DNA of 64,000 nt, taken from the NCBI GenBank assembly GCA_951406725.2, contig OX597819.1, positions 104,346,001 to 104,410,000 of the forward strand, in the 5' to 3' direction. The stretch's first letter is position 1, and each line of letters starts with the position of its first letter. The DNA comes from Octopus vulgaris (lineage: Eukaryota). The position numbers and the translations under genes are program-made. Shown piece after piece: positions 12,693-26,247 of this stretch. The notes under the pieces were generated by a model. That model did no database searches, had not been told where the DNA came from, and saw nothing but the letters and a program-made list of their open reading frames with translations.

Positions 12693-14173
12693 CTACATTT
12701 GTATGACTGTCAAATATATTTGCAAATTTAAATTGGCTGCTGCTCCTCATTTACAATACCTTTTGGATTTAAACACATTACTTAAGTTTTGCACCGTTAC
12801 AAGAGAGAGGCTTGAAAGGGGAATTAATTTTTGTTATTGCGCTGAATGTGACACAAGTGAATACCCATTGCCCAGTTTTACCTACACCTTCAGTCCTAAT
12901 GAGAAGCATTTCGTAGTGGCAGTAAATATATCACATTTACCGCTGTTACATATCTGCTTAAAACCAAGTCGATCAACATAATAGAGATAGCAACTAAATC
13001 TCTCATAAACAAAACTTTTAACTACCTGTTTATGCAGGTACTTAAGATGCGTAGTTTGTATAGTTATCTTCTTAGAGACAAATGTTCTATCTTTGAGATA
13101 CACACCACTGTAAATTAGCCAAACAACACATCAAACTTGTTAAGGTCTTAGTTCAGGTTAATATAATTATATATTTAACAATATACATTTCACGCACCTC
13201 TTTAACACACTTAAACATAATTAATTAGTTCCCTAGTTATGTCGGATATAAACTTTCAAACGATTAACGTACTTCTTTGACACAAATGAAATTCTTTACA
13301 GTTAGGTTTTACACACTCGCCCAACTTTTACAGTTATATATCTCTTTTGTTCAGTTAAAATATATCAACTTTTAAACATTCATTCTTACTTCTGGGTCTT
13401 CACCACCATCACTACCATGAAGTCGTTGCCACCGCTAACACCATTCCTATCATCAATACAATAATTATCAGCTCCACCACCACTACCGCCATCATCATGG
13501 CCGGCAACATCACCAAAACCTCCACAACTACCACTAATACAATCATCACCATAGAATACATATCTAGCCCCTTGGGTACATTTTTGTTGACAAATTTCTT
13601 ATAAGATCTTATTTACTTTTCCACTAAAGTTGATTCCATCGTTGCTAACTTCTATTTTTCTGATATTTTTCACTTTTGAAATTTCTCTTTCAATTTTTTT
13701 ATCTATTAATTTTACTATATTTTTCTTACCTTTTCAACATTTTGTTAAACTTTTTTCTAGAACATTTTTTTGTTTTGAAAAAAAAAATGTTTTTGTGGTT
13801 TTATTTTATTTTTAAAGGAATCTTCTGAAAATCTTCCATCATTTTCGTCATATCCAACATCTGCATCTTCAACCGTTTTACCAACACTACCGTCGCAATC
13901 ACTACCACCAATACAACTATCACCTATACCACCACCACCACAACAACAAAAACAACAACGACAACAAAATCAACAACAATTTTCAGCGACGGCACCGCCA
14001 GCAGTATCACTACTGCTATTACTACCAAAGACAACTACAAAAATACTACAAACAGCAACCAAGACTACAACGTAACGATAATTGTATATGTACACTGTCG
14101 TGATCATCATGATCATCGTTATCATCGCCATCATAACTGCTATCATAACAACCCCCCAATCATCATCATCATC

Positions 14174-14244
<71 letters not shown>

Positions 14245-14312
14245 TATCGACATTTGTAACAGCTTTATCAAAGGTTGTTCTTTCAGAATGCACCAGAAAA
14301 ATGTTCAGTATG

Positions 14313-14354
<42 letters not shown>

Positions 14355-14422
14355 GGCGGTGTATGTGCGTGTGCGTGTATGACCGCTTGTACGTAAGTTT
14401 CAGCATGCCAAATGAGGTGACT

Positions 14423-14471
<49 letters not shown>

Positions 14472-14481
14472 CGTATGTATG

Positions 14482-14523
<42 letters not shown>

Positions 14524-14604
14524 TATATGTGATTGATATATAAATTCAAATATATATAGGTATATATATACATGTATAGAAATGTAAATATTACGTAACA
14601 TGTA

Positions 14605-14701
<97 letters not shown>

Positions 14702-14787
14702 CCTTTTGTTTGTTTACATAATACTATATTTGTATATTATTTTTATCAATAATATTGTGATTTTTGTTGTGATTATCACCATCATTC

Positions 14788-14834
<47 letters not shown>

Positions 14835-15071
14835 TCATAAACTGGAATCAATATCTGGCAGAAAAAGAGAAAGCTGAGAAGAGAAAGACATAAGAAAAAA
14901 AACAACGAACAGAATAAAAACAAGACGGTTCTTTGAAAGAGAAAGAAAGAAATATGTTTATCTTGCCTTTAATCGCTTTGATCATTCTTTTGTTAACATG
15001 ATTTCATACCTTGTGGCATGAGATATGTTATTTTCGTGTCATGGGTAGGGTATATACATGCACACACACTA

Positions 15072-15132
<61 letters not shown>

Positions 15133-15307
15133 AACACACACACAGTGTGTATTTGTGAGTGTCTCTCTGTATGGCTGCATGTCAGAATGTCTGGGTGAGT
15201 GCATGTATGTGTCTCTATCTATTTATGTACGTGTGCATATGTATGTTTGTGTGATTGTGTTTGTATGTGTGTAAAAATTTGTGTGTCTGTGCGTATACAT
15301 GTTAATG

Positions 15308-15338
<31 letters not shown>

Positions 15339-16263
15339 GTGTGTATATGTGTATATATATTTATATGTATGTATGTATATATAGGTATGTACATACATAC
15401 ATACATTCATATATGTATATGTGTATATGATACGCCTCTTGTACTTGTGTAGGCATGTGTGTTTTTCTTTGTCTGTGTATGTATATGCATGTCCTTGTAT
15501 ACTTATATGCGTATACTGTATATGTATGCATGTAATATTGTATGTGTGTCTTTAAAGTATATATGTTCAGGTCTGTGTGTGTATTTGTCTACCATTTCAA
15601 ACCCCACTACATCTTTTTTCACTCCTTTAATTTATTTTGATATTTTTGCTTTTGCTTTTCTTTCACCCTTTTTTATCATTCCTATTTTTACCTTTCATTC
15701 TTTTCTATTTTCTGTTACCTATTCTTTTTCTTTATCTCTCCCGTCCTTTACTTTTTTTTTTTTAAATTGCCGATTCTGAGAGTTGAAACCGTGAAAACGT
15801 TTATGTGTCGTTTCTAAGTTGCCTTCTAATTTTCTTATATTTCTTTGTGTATCTTTCTAACCCCAAAGTTACGAGTCTTCACTTAAACTGTTTCACTCAA
15901 ATTTTTATTTAAAATCTTCCCCTAGATCTTCCCCACCAAAATACCAACAACAAAACAACTCCTCCCTCGCCCTTATATATGTTGAACCCTCTTTTACTGA
16001 AGAGAGTTTTTGTATTTGCTTCAGTTTCTGTATTTAAACTTGTAGTATCTTGAAGAAAATATCAGCCCTCTCTTAAAAAATGTGGGGGTTTTACAACTTG
16101 GTTATATTTCTGTTGTTTGTTTGTTTCTTTTCTTTTTTCATTTTCCCTTTCTTTTGCGTTTTCTGTTCTTGTTTCCATTGCTGTCAAGAACATATAAGTT
16201 AACGGGGAAAATGGGAGAAGAATAAAGGTTTTTAAGTGTCACAACGGCAACAACAACAAAAAT

Positions 16264-16318
<55 letters not shown>

Positions 16319-17477
16319 GCTACCGCCTCTTCCTCCTCCACCACCTCCACCACCACCACCACCACCACCGTATTTGTTAGTTTCGCTGTTACTATATTAG
16401 TGAGGGTCAGTGAATATAAAGTAGGGTACTTGCGAAACAGACGGATGTCCTACTCTTTTTCTGAACGTCAGTATGGTTATTGAGCCATTTATGGCTAACT
16501 AGTTGAATCTATGATATTAGGGTTAATTGTATGAGATGATGAAGTTTAGTTTTACAGTTTTTAATGTATGATGTTTGTCAGAGGATGATATGTGGTGTCT
16601 ATAGTCTATTGTAGAGCTTCCGAGATTGGTGGGAAGAAAGCATAACGTTCACTGCAGTCCAGGTACGAAATCCTAATGGTTGTAGTGTACTGGGCAACTG
16701 ATGAAATCCACTACTAAACAAGGAGTACAATTCACCCAGTGTGCTTCTACAGCATTTCCACGTAAGCAGTTTCACTCACAGGAGTGTTCTACCAGCCTAA
16801 GCTATGGGAGAAAAAACTTACCCAAAGTACCACCCAGTGTCATCGAACGCAGAACTACACTAATGGGGAGGAAGCCTCTTAACCAGTTGGTAATGCCAGG
16901 GCCAACAAAGATAGAATATAAAAATTGGAGCTCTTACAATTTTATAATAGAAGGGAAAGAGATTTCATGACATTCATTTTTCTTAGAACATCATTGGAAT
17001 AAGTAAGCCAACGTGGAGCATTACTTACGGAAACTCGATCCACTAGAAATCGCAGCCAACAGTCACTACAAATGATACGAAGGAAAGCCTTGAGAAAGAA
17101 TACATAAGTAATAAGAAATATAATTCTATTCAGACTATATTTGGTTTCAAAAAATAGGAGAAGGAGTTTGGTGAGAAAATAAGGCAAAACAAAGAACGCA
17201 AGATTTGAAAGTTTTGAATGACATGTCTCAGAGATGAGATGACACATGATGTCCTCTCATCAGCAACCTTAACAAGATTGGCATCAATGTAATAAATTTA
17301 GTTATAATATAATTATTATGTATATTTCGTTTTTTGAATTGGTTTGCAAGATTATTTATATGAGTTCGTGTGTTGAAGCATATTCTGTTGTGTCTGGGGA
17401 GAGTCATTTTCTTTTTGTGCCTTATAATGTAACACACTCACCGGTAAAATTTCCACTTATTTCTTATTTTTATTTTC

Positions 17478-17514
17478 CTAAAATTTTCGTTGCGTCTTGC
17501 AACATTTTCAATAG
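17478..17514 (-). ncRNA. Minimal hammerhead variant with a U3-A8 core, at the end of a small element (~17320-17520) next to (TA)n
   Basis: Minus strand reads cta-TTGAAAA-t-gttgc-aagac-gcaac-GAAA-at-TT-tag. Confidence 0.6.
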
Positions 17515-17621
17515 TCTTGACTATTATGTATATATACATACATATATATATATATATACATACACGTACATATATTTATTTATATATATATATACATTAA
17601 TATTTATCTCTCTCTCTCTCT

Positions 17622-17670
<49 letters not shown>

Positions 17671-17771
17671 TAATGTAGACATATACACACATAAACACAG
17701 GCGTAGTCATAGAAAAATTTTTATATACATAACATAAGATAAATTTTAATATAATATATATACACTATGTA

Positions 17772-17972
17772 TTCTTTTATTTGTTTCAGTCATTTGGTTG
17801 CGGCCATGCGGAGCACCGCTTTAGTCGAACAAATTGACCCCAGAACTTATTCTTTGTAAGCCTAATAATTATTGGATCGGTTTCTTTTGCCAAACCACTA
17901 ATTTACGGGGACGTAAACACACCAGCATCGGTTGTCAAGCGGTGTTGGGGGGGGGACAAATTCAGACACACG
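17772..17972 (-). mobile_element. 3' half of a composite SINE whose 5' half is probably at 20220-20388
   Basis: Matches 22462-22670 of the intact copy. Confidence 0.8.
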
Positions 17973-17984
17973 AACATATATATC

Positions 17985-18275
17985 ACGTGATCACGTGACC
18001 GACCAGTCCATCAGATGTAGTTACACATCGCTGGTCACAATGCGTTCGCATTGTTTTAGCCTTCGAATGACGCCACAACGCTGGCTAAGCGAGGAGGCCA
18101 ACAGAAGAAAGAGTGGTGACAGATTACAGCAGGGATCACCACCCCCTGCCGGAGCCTCGTGGAGCGTTTAGGTGTTTTCGCTCAATAAACACTCACAACG
18201 CCCAGTCTGGGAATCGAAACCGCGATCCTACGACCGCGAGTCCGCTGCTCTAACCACTGCCCTAACATTGCACCA

Positions 18276-18278
<3 letters not shown>
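17985..18278 (-). mobile_element. tRNA-derived SINE (distinct family)
   Basis: Minus strand GGCAGTGGTTAGAGCAGCGGACTCGCGGTCGTAGGATCGCGGTTTCGATTCC (A and B boxes), followed by a non-tRNA body and a (CACGTGAT)2 tail. Confidence 0.8.
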
Positions 18279-18372
<94 letters not shown>

Positions 18373-18586
18373 TATATATATACATATATATAAGTAATAC
18401 TAAGCAATTAAGGGTTTAGCAACGAATTACCTCACCACACACCGAATTTAGAAATAGCAGTCAAAGAGATATAGCTATTCCTTCTACTAAAAGGGAGATC
18501 TCAGTAAAAACACAGCACTTGAAAGGCAAACACAGACAGGTAAGAAAGAATGAAATGACGGCAATCTATCATACAATTTTAAGTTA

Positions 18587-18678
18587 CCAACGGACGTACG
18601 TTTCGAAATCAAGTTTTAGGAAAGCATAAGAATTAGAAAATTCTACCCTACCCAAACTTCTTTTCTCATCGGCGTAGG
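18587..18678 (-). ncRNA. Type I hammerhead ribozyme (U4C variant), copy 1
   Basis: cctacg-CCGATGA-gaaa..long stem II..tttc-GAAA-cgtacg-TC-cgttgg, with one stem I mismatch. Confidence 0.8.
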
Positions 18679-19169
18679 ATACTACAATTATGAATAATTG
18701 TATATTAAATTTTGAGATACTAGAAGGCATTATCTCAACTCAGTGTCAGAGCGAGCCAAAGCGTTACCAGTACCACGAAATTCAAAGTGTGAGTGAAAGT
18801 TTGTGTCACTAGCCCCCTTCCACCCGCGTGTAGCCACGACAAGATGCTGTGGTCATTTACTGGGATAAAATATGGTTATCAGTAACAATAAAGGGTGAAA
18901 TTAATTAATTTGGAATAATTATTAATTACACCAAGTAGATTTCGGCATGTAAAAGCCTCATTCGAGGAAAATTTAAGTAATACTAAGCAATTAAGTGTTT
19001 AGCAACGAATTGCCTCACCACACACCGAATTTAGAAATAGCAGTCAAAGAGATATAGCTATTCCTTCTACTAAAAGGGAGATCTCAGTAAAAACACAGCA
19101 CTTGAAAGGCAAACACAGACAGGTAAGGAAGAATGAAATGACGGCAATCTATCATACAATTTTAAGTTA

Positions 19170-19261
19170 CCTACGGACGTACGTTTCGAAATCAAGTTTT
19201 AGGAAAGCATAAGAATTAGAAAATTCTACCCTACCCAAACTTCTTTTCTCATCGGCGTAGG
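19170..19261 (-). ncRNA. Type I hammerhead ribozyme (U4C variant), copy 2
   Basis: cctacg-CCGATGA-gaaa..tttc-GAAA-cgtacg-TC-cgtagg, with a perfect 6-bp stem I, palindromic stem III and GUC triplet. Confidence 0.88.
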
Positions 19262-19649
19262 ATACTACAATTATGAATAATTGTATATTAAATTTTGAGA
19301 TACTAGAAGGCATTATCTCAACTCAGTGTCAGAGCGAGCCAAAGCGTTACCAGTACCACGAAATTCAAAGTGTGAATGAAAGTTTGTGTCACCAGCCCCC
19401 TTCCACCCGTCTGTGTTTACCTTTCAAGTGCTGTGTTTTTACTGAGATCTCCCTTTTAGTAGAAGGAATAGCTATATCTCTTTGACTGCTATTTCTAAAT
19501 TCGGTGTGTGGTGAGGCAATTCGTTGCTAAACCCTTAATTGCTTAGTATTACTTAAATTTTCCTCGAATGAGGCTTTTACATGCCGAAATCTACTTGGTG
19601 TAATTAATAATTATTCCAAATTAATTAATTTCACCCTTTATTGTTACTG

Positions 19650-20104
<455 letters not shown>

Positions 20105-20150
20105 ACACACACACACACATATATATATGTATGTATGTATGAGTAAATCT

Positions 20151-20208
<58 letters not shown>

Positions 20209-20219
20209 CATGCATATAT

Positions 20220-20388
20220 ACGACGGGCTTCTTTCATTAGTTTCCCTCTACCAAATCCACTCAGAAGGCTTTCGTCGGTCTGAGGCTATATTAGAAGACA
20301 CTTGTCCAAGGTGCCACGCAGTGGGACTGAACCCAGAATCATGTGGTTGGTAAGCAAGTTACTTACCGCACAGCCACTCCTGCGCCTA
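20220..20388 (-). mobile_element. 5' half (tRNA head plus CORE-like box) of the composite SINE
   Basis: Matches 22700-22866; minus strand TAGGCGCAGGAGTGGCTGTGCGGTAAG..GGGTTCAGTCCC..ACCTTGGACAAGTG. Confidence 0.85.
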
Positions 20389-20497
20389 TGTATAATGTAT
20401 AAACATTATGTACAACGTATATAATATATCTATTAAATATAAATATTTGCATTGAATATAATGTATATAATATAAATCAATAATATATATATATATA

Positions 20498-20890
20498 TAA
20501 GAGAGCAACCATCATGTGGTCTACTCTAGCACTAAAAATAGATCCGCCGGCCGATGAGCTACAAATAAAGGTATTTTATGTGAGTAAAATTACATAATTT
20601 AATAATTTATTAATAGCGAAACAATTGTCCCGAACTAATTTACATTTTTGTTATGTTTATTTGCCCTGTCTGCGCCAGTAGTTGTGCTAATATTCATCGG
20701 AAACATTTTTTATGAGGCTGAAGCCCAGTGGATCTATTTTTAGTGCTAGAGTAGACCACATGGTGGTTGCTCTCTTATATTTATGTATAAAGGTATCGTA
20801 ATCCGGGCTTTATATGCACTAAGCCACTTGGTGTTAAATGGATGTACTATAAAAAAATAGTATACAACTTTCTCACCCTCATTAGTTGAT
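20498..20890. mobile_element. Small hammerhead-bearing element with a 48 bp inverted repeat, between (TA)n tracts
   Basis: 20498-20545 pairs with 20730-20777 (one difference); a hammerhead lies between the arms. Confidence 0.8.
20548..20632 (+). ncRNA. Type I hammerhead ribozyme (U4C variant)
   Basis: cgg-CCGATGA-gcta..aataaa..ttatgtga/ttacataa..tttatt..tagc-GAAA-caattg-TC-ccg, with palindromic stem III. Confidence 0.82.
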
Positions 20891-20950
20891 TATATATATA
20901 TATATAATATAGATATTATATAAATATATATACATATGTACATACATATA

Positions 20951-21313
20951 GGAAACAAGACAAGTAACATAAAGAACTACCCTTCATCAGTTGTCGGCTG
21001 TTTATCTACTCTACATTTCGAGCAATTACGACAAGATGTGTCTTCGAGAAAACAACTGCTCCCGCAAAGCAAAATGAAATTTGGAATCTAATTTGGATCA
21101 AAGTTGGTAACAAAAACAGGACAGACTATTTGTTTTCACTGTCCTGTTTTTGTTACCATGTTTGATCCCCCGCAAATCCCAAATTTTATTTTGTTTTGCG
21201 GGTGCAACTGTTTTCCTGAAGACACATCTTGTCGTAATTGCTTGAAATGTGGAGTAGATAAACAGCCGACAACTGATGAAGGGTCATTCTGTATATTACT
21301 TGTCATGTTTTCC
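20951..21313. repeat. Imperfect inverted repeat with ~175 bp arms and decayed hammerhead-like cores
   Basis: 20951-21124 pairs with 21139-21313. Arms carry CTGAAGA..GAAAtgT remnants, but stem II no longer pairs. Confidence 0.8.
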
Positions 21314-21537
21314 ATTTGTTTCTTTCGTTGTTCGTAAAAATATGTTCGTATTCCAGGTTTTCGTATTTCGTATTTCATGTTGTTTACGTTTTATGACGTC
21401 CTGTACCAATACATGCATATGTATATACATATATATGTCAGTATCTACATATATGTATGTATATATACATATATATTTATATATTATTTACATTTTTATA
21501 AGATTGAGCGCCACGCATCCATTTCCAAGTTTATCTC

Positions 21538-21600
<63 letters not shown>

Positions 21601-22215
21601 TTATGTGTGTGTGTGTGTGAGTGTGTGTATGTGTGTGCGTATGTGTGTGTGTGCGCGTGTATGTGTGTGAGTGTGCGTGTATGTGTGCGTGTGTGTGTGT
21701 ATTAAATATATAATACGCGCATATAGACACGTAAATGCACATTCGCGTATGCATACATAAAAATTGCATGTTCCGATATACGCATCAAAAGAAAATAGAC
21801 GACAAACAAAAACTTGGAGTCAGTGCAAAACTGTAAAGGAAGTGCTACCGCCATACCGCAGTAAAAAAAAAGATAAAAACAAAGAAAAACCCGAAGTGAC
21901 GGACGGCATGCAAAATAAAAAAAAATATGACGAAGCGAAACTGCAGGGAAGAAACATTTTTATAATAAAAATGAAATTGCTTCTGAGGTTTTCTGTATGT
22001 GCTGCACATAAAAACAGAAAAGAATTGGAAATAGTGAAATCTTTCCTATATTCTCCTCAGAAGTTTCGTTTCATATCCACTTTGCTTCACAACACAGGCA
22101 ATCCCACTTTAAAGTCATTCCTGCGAAAATACACTTGATTTCTTTTCCTTACGCTTAATATTTAAGGTAACTTTATAGAGACAAAAATATAAACACGATT
22201 TGATATCATTATATA

Positions 22216-22264
<49 letters not shown>

Positions 22265-22383
22265 ACATACATACATACATACATACATACATACATACAT
22301 ACATACATACATACATACATACATACATACATACATACATACATACATACATACATACATACATACATACATACATACATACA

Positions 22384-22448
<65 letters not shown>

Positions 22449-22457
22449 TCTCTTTAC

Positions 22458-22866
22458 TCTTTACTCTTTTACTTGTTTCAGTCATTTGACTGCGGCCATG
22501 CTGGAGCACCGCCTTTTAGTCGAGCAAATCGACCCCGGGACTTATTCTTTGTAAGCCCAGTACTTATTCTATCGGTCTCTTTTTGCCGAACCGCTAAGTG
22601 ACGGGGACGTAAACACACCAGCATCGGTTGTCAAGCAATGCTAGGGGGACAAACACAGACACACAAACACATACACACATATATATATATATATATATAC
22701 ATGACAGGCTTCTTTCAGTTTCCGTCTACCAAATCCACTCACAAGGCATTGGTCGGCCCGGGGCTATAGCAGAAGACACTTGCCCAAGATGCCACGCAGT
22801 GGGACTGAACCCGGAACCATGTGGTTGGTTAGCAAGCTACTTACCACACAGCCACTCCTGCGCCTA
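22458..22866 (-). mobile_element. Intact composite SINE: tRNA head and CORE-like box, internal (TA)/(TG) microsatellite, 3' domain, short repeat tail
   Basis: A/B boxes at 22800-22860, internal repeat 22655-22700, tail AGAGTAAAAGAGTAAAG on the minus strand. An opposite-strand copy lies at 25190-25740. Confidence 0.88.
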
Positions 22867-22880
22867 TATATGTAAGATAT

Positions 22881-22987
22881 TCTTTAACAATAGTATTAAC
22901 AGTAACTTCGAAATTTCGGTCAGGTAAGCCATCATCATTTGCTGACTGAAATTTTGAATTCATTGTCAATACTATTCTTGTTAAAGA
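22881..22987. repeat. Imperfect hairpin with ~43 bp arms and a hammerhead-like remnant
   Basis: TCTTTAACAATAGTATTAACAGTAACTTCGAAATTTCGGTCAG pairs with CTGACTGAAATTTTGAATTCATTGTCAATACTATTCTTGTTAAAGA. Confidence 0.7.
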
Positions 22988-23112
22988 ATAATAAATTTTT
23001 ACTCTACAAAATATATTTAGTAATCCTTCAATTTAATGTAAAATTGCTTTTATTATAATATCAAAAGAAACATTAATACATCTCTAAATATATAAAATTT
23101 AATAAACACAGA

Positions 23113-23153
<41 letters not shown>

Positions 23154-23188
23154 GGTCCCGGGTTGAGTCGGGGTTAACCTTGAGTACC

Positions 23189-23245
<57 letters not shown>

Positions 23246-23248
<3 letters not shown>

Positions 23249-23292
23249 TTGTTTATACACCTGTCTTCGTCTTTTGTTTTCCTGTAAATTTC

Positions 23293-23342
<50 letters not shown>

Positions 23343-23388
23343 AAATTTACAGGAAAACAAAAGACGAAGACAGGTGTATAAACAAGAA
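23246..23388. repeat. Perfect 50 bp inverted repeat around a (TA)n core
   Basis: 23246-23295 is the reverse complement of 23339-23388. The arm resembles the element terminus at 8527-8570. Confidence 0.95.
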
Positions 23389-23389
23389 G

Positions 23390-25175
23390 CAGGTCTTTCC
23401 TTGTGAGGCATTAATAGACAAATGGTTAGTATTGCCGACTCTTGAGAATCCCACATAAAGTTGGCCATGAGAGAAAACTGGTTTCGCAAGGGTCAAACCA
23501 CATGCAAGGACTGACCTTAGGCCTTGCTAATGCTCATTGCAAAGCACAGTTTCAACGGGAATTGTAGGTGCTTGTACTGGAAAGGTATATCCGAGGGAAT
23601 ATTCTAGGAATGGATACAGACTTACCGCTTGCTTTACGAGTCAAAATTGTTGTCTGCATAACTGTTGACATCATCTTTATTATAAGTCGTGTGCAAAGCT
23701 TTGGTGGATCGCAGTTTCGAAGTAGCATAACTGGCGCCCCAATCTTGTGATGCAAGTTGTGAGGTGGGAGGCCGGGTGATGTTAGACTAGTCAAGAATTC
23801 AACTGGATAATTCACAGCTTCATCAATGTTGAGTACAGTGTCAATGGAACTGTAGATGTGACGCTCACCTGGCGAGTGTTCCAGAAGTTTGATGTACAAA
23901 TCATCAACTTCCACATTCTTTGGGGCTAAAATGACACGGGTTTTCATCCAGTTGTGGTTTGTAAACTGATTCCTCAGGGTAGGAAGCACCTTATTCATTA
24001 GTTCCTTTAAATCAGATACCATGTGTCCAAAAGGCAAACTTACCCGGCCATCCTTCCGCCAAACGAAATGCCATCACCGACGTCCAACAGTGACTTTGAA
24101 AAGGTTCTGTCTGCATCATCATCAGCTGCAGTGTCATGTTGATTGTGAGTCTCAGCTTTTGCACACTGCTCCATAGGTAGGACGACTTCATACTGGAATT
24201 TACCTCATCAGCTCTTGTCCCCTTTGGAACCACGAGAAGGGTTTGTTTAAAGTCTGCTGCAAGCAAGACTGTAGCACCTTCAATGAGCCTGTGTTGTGTC
24301 TCAGATCCTGAAGGGCCATGTAAAGAGTTTCAAAGGAAACCTTAAGGCTCATTGGCACCTCGTCTGAGATTATCAACTTGGATTCAACCAGAAGTTTGCC
24401 TTTTATAGTTGGTTCTCTATCAGTTTGTGTTCGTTATCAGCTATATATGCCGTCATTTCCTCGATGTCATAGCTGATTTCTGACAGGTACTCAATTGCGA
24501 GATTGTTTGCTGCCTGCTCCAGTTGAGGCAGACCAAATGTAGCAATGCTTTGACCTCCCATAGCTAGCACTCGGGTGTCCAGGTCAAGTAATGCCTTGTT
24601 ATAAATAGCGTTATTGAACGTGGAAATTTCCGCTGGGGTTTGCCTTTGAATCCTTTGTAGGATGTCCTCTGCCATGCTGCTTTTGTGGGTCGCCCAAACC
24701 TTGAGTCACATGTCATCAACACAACAGAAAATAACTGGCGGACTTGACACGGTACTCTGCTGAGTGCTGCCTCCTCCAGTGTCTGGTCCCAGTGAGCATC
24801 GTTCTCCAGTAGTACATGTTTGGAGCAAACTTCTCTGTAGGTCGTGCAGACTTCCCCATACGTGTATCATGGATAAATTTCCTGGGGAACCGTTTGATGC
24901 AAAAGAAAATGAATGGGTTATTTCTATTGGCTAGGAAGATGAATGGGTTATTTCCTTTGGCTGTTAAAGGAAAATACAAGGGTTATATATGTGGACCCCT
25001 TATAGGGGCTCAAGCCATCCAATTATAGATTTGTATTACACTTTAATGAACCTAGTAACAAAGTGGATGTTACTTTAACATGTTTGCGAAGGTTCACGAA
25101 AATTCGTTAACGGGTGTAGACGGCAACTTTACACAAACAAAAATCCAAACAGACAACTCGCGTTTATATACGTAT
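23390..25175 (-). mobile_element. Internally deleted, decayed Helitron (RepHel PIF1-like helicase plus probable 5' end)
   Basis: Minus-strand peptides TYREVC..LLENDAHWDQTLEEA, ADFKQTLLVVPKGTRADEV..KSSYLW, NYPVEFL.SL..PGLPPHNL..KIGAPVMLLRN.DPPKLC, FAMSISKA*GQSL and FSHGQLYVGFSRV. TATATA.ACGTATATAAACGCGAGTTGTCTGT near 25175 resembles a Helitron 5' terminus. Confidence 0.9.
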
Positions 25176-25189
25176 ATATATATATATAT

Positions 25190-25775
<586 letters not shown>

Positions 25776-25805
25776 ATATATGTATATATATGTATATATA
25801 TATAA

Positions 25806-25845
<40 letters not shown>

Positions 25846-25846
25846 A

Positions 25847-25904
<58 letters not shown>

Positions 25905-25908
<4 letters not shown>

Positions 25909-26186
25909 ACTAATATAAGATGAAGTTTTTTCACAGAAAAAAATTCCATCAAAAATTGTGGCAGCATATTAAAATACCTTTACGGTTAAAATTATAAACA
26001 ACTTATCAATAAGGGCTAAAGAAAATTATTTCAATGCCAATATGCAGATAACAGATTTTTAATTCGTCAATTTCCACATATTATTTACATATTTATTAAA
26101 TAATATGTGGAAATTGACGATTTAAAAGTCTGTTATCAGCATATTGGCATTGAAATAATTTTCTTTGCCCTTATTAATAAGTTGTT

Positions 26187-26190
<4 letters not shown>
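25905..26190. mobile_element. Diverged member of the family at 1-612 with a ~95 bp fold-back
   Basis: 25965-26050 is the reverse complement of ~460-550 (TTAACCGT.AAAGGTATTTT..AATATGCTG). 25993-26087 pairs with 26097-26190. (TA)n lies on both sides. Confidence 0.8.

Positions 26191-26247
<57 letters not shown>

Noticed and set aside
18195-18278. tRNA-like sequence, also seen at other SINE heads
   Set aside because: It has A and B boxes but no complete cloverleaf and continues into a SINE body, so it is not a tRNA gene.
18391-19408. Direct repeats considered as a CRISPR array or LTR retrotransposon (also 42665-43489)
   Set aside because: Units are hundreds of bp, with no spacer series, no cas or gag-pol, and no TG..CA ends, PBS or PPT.
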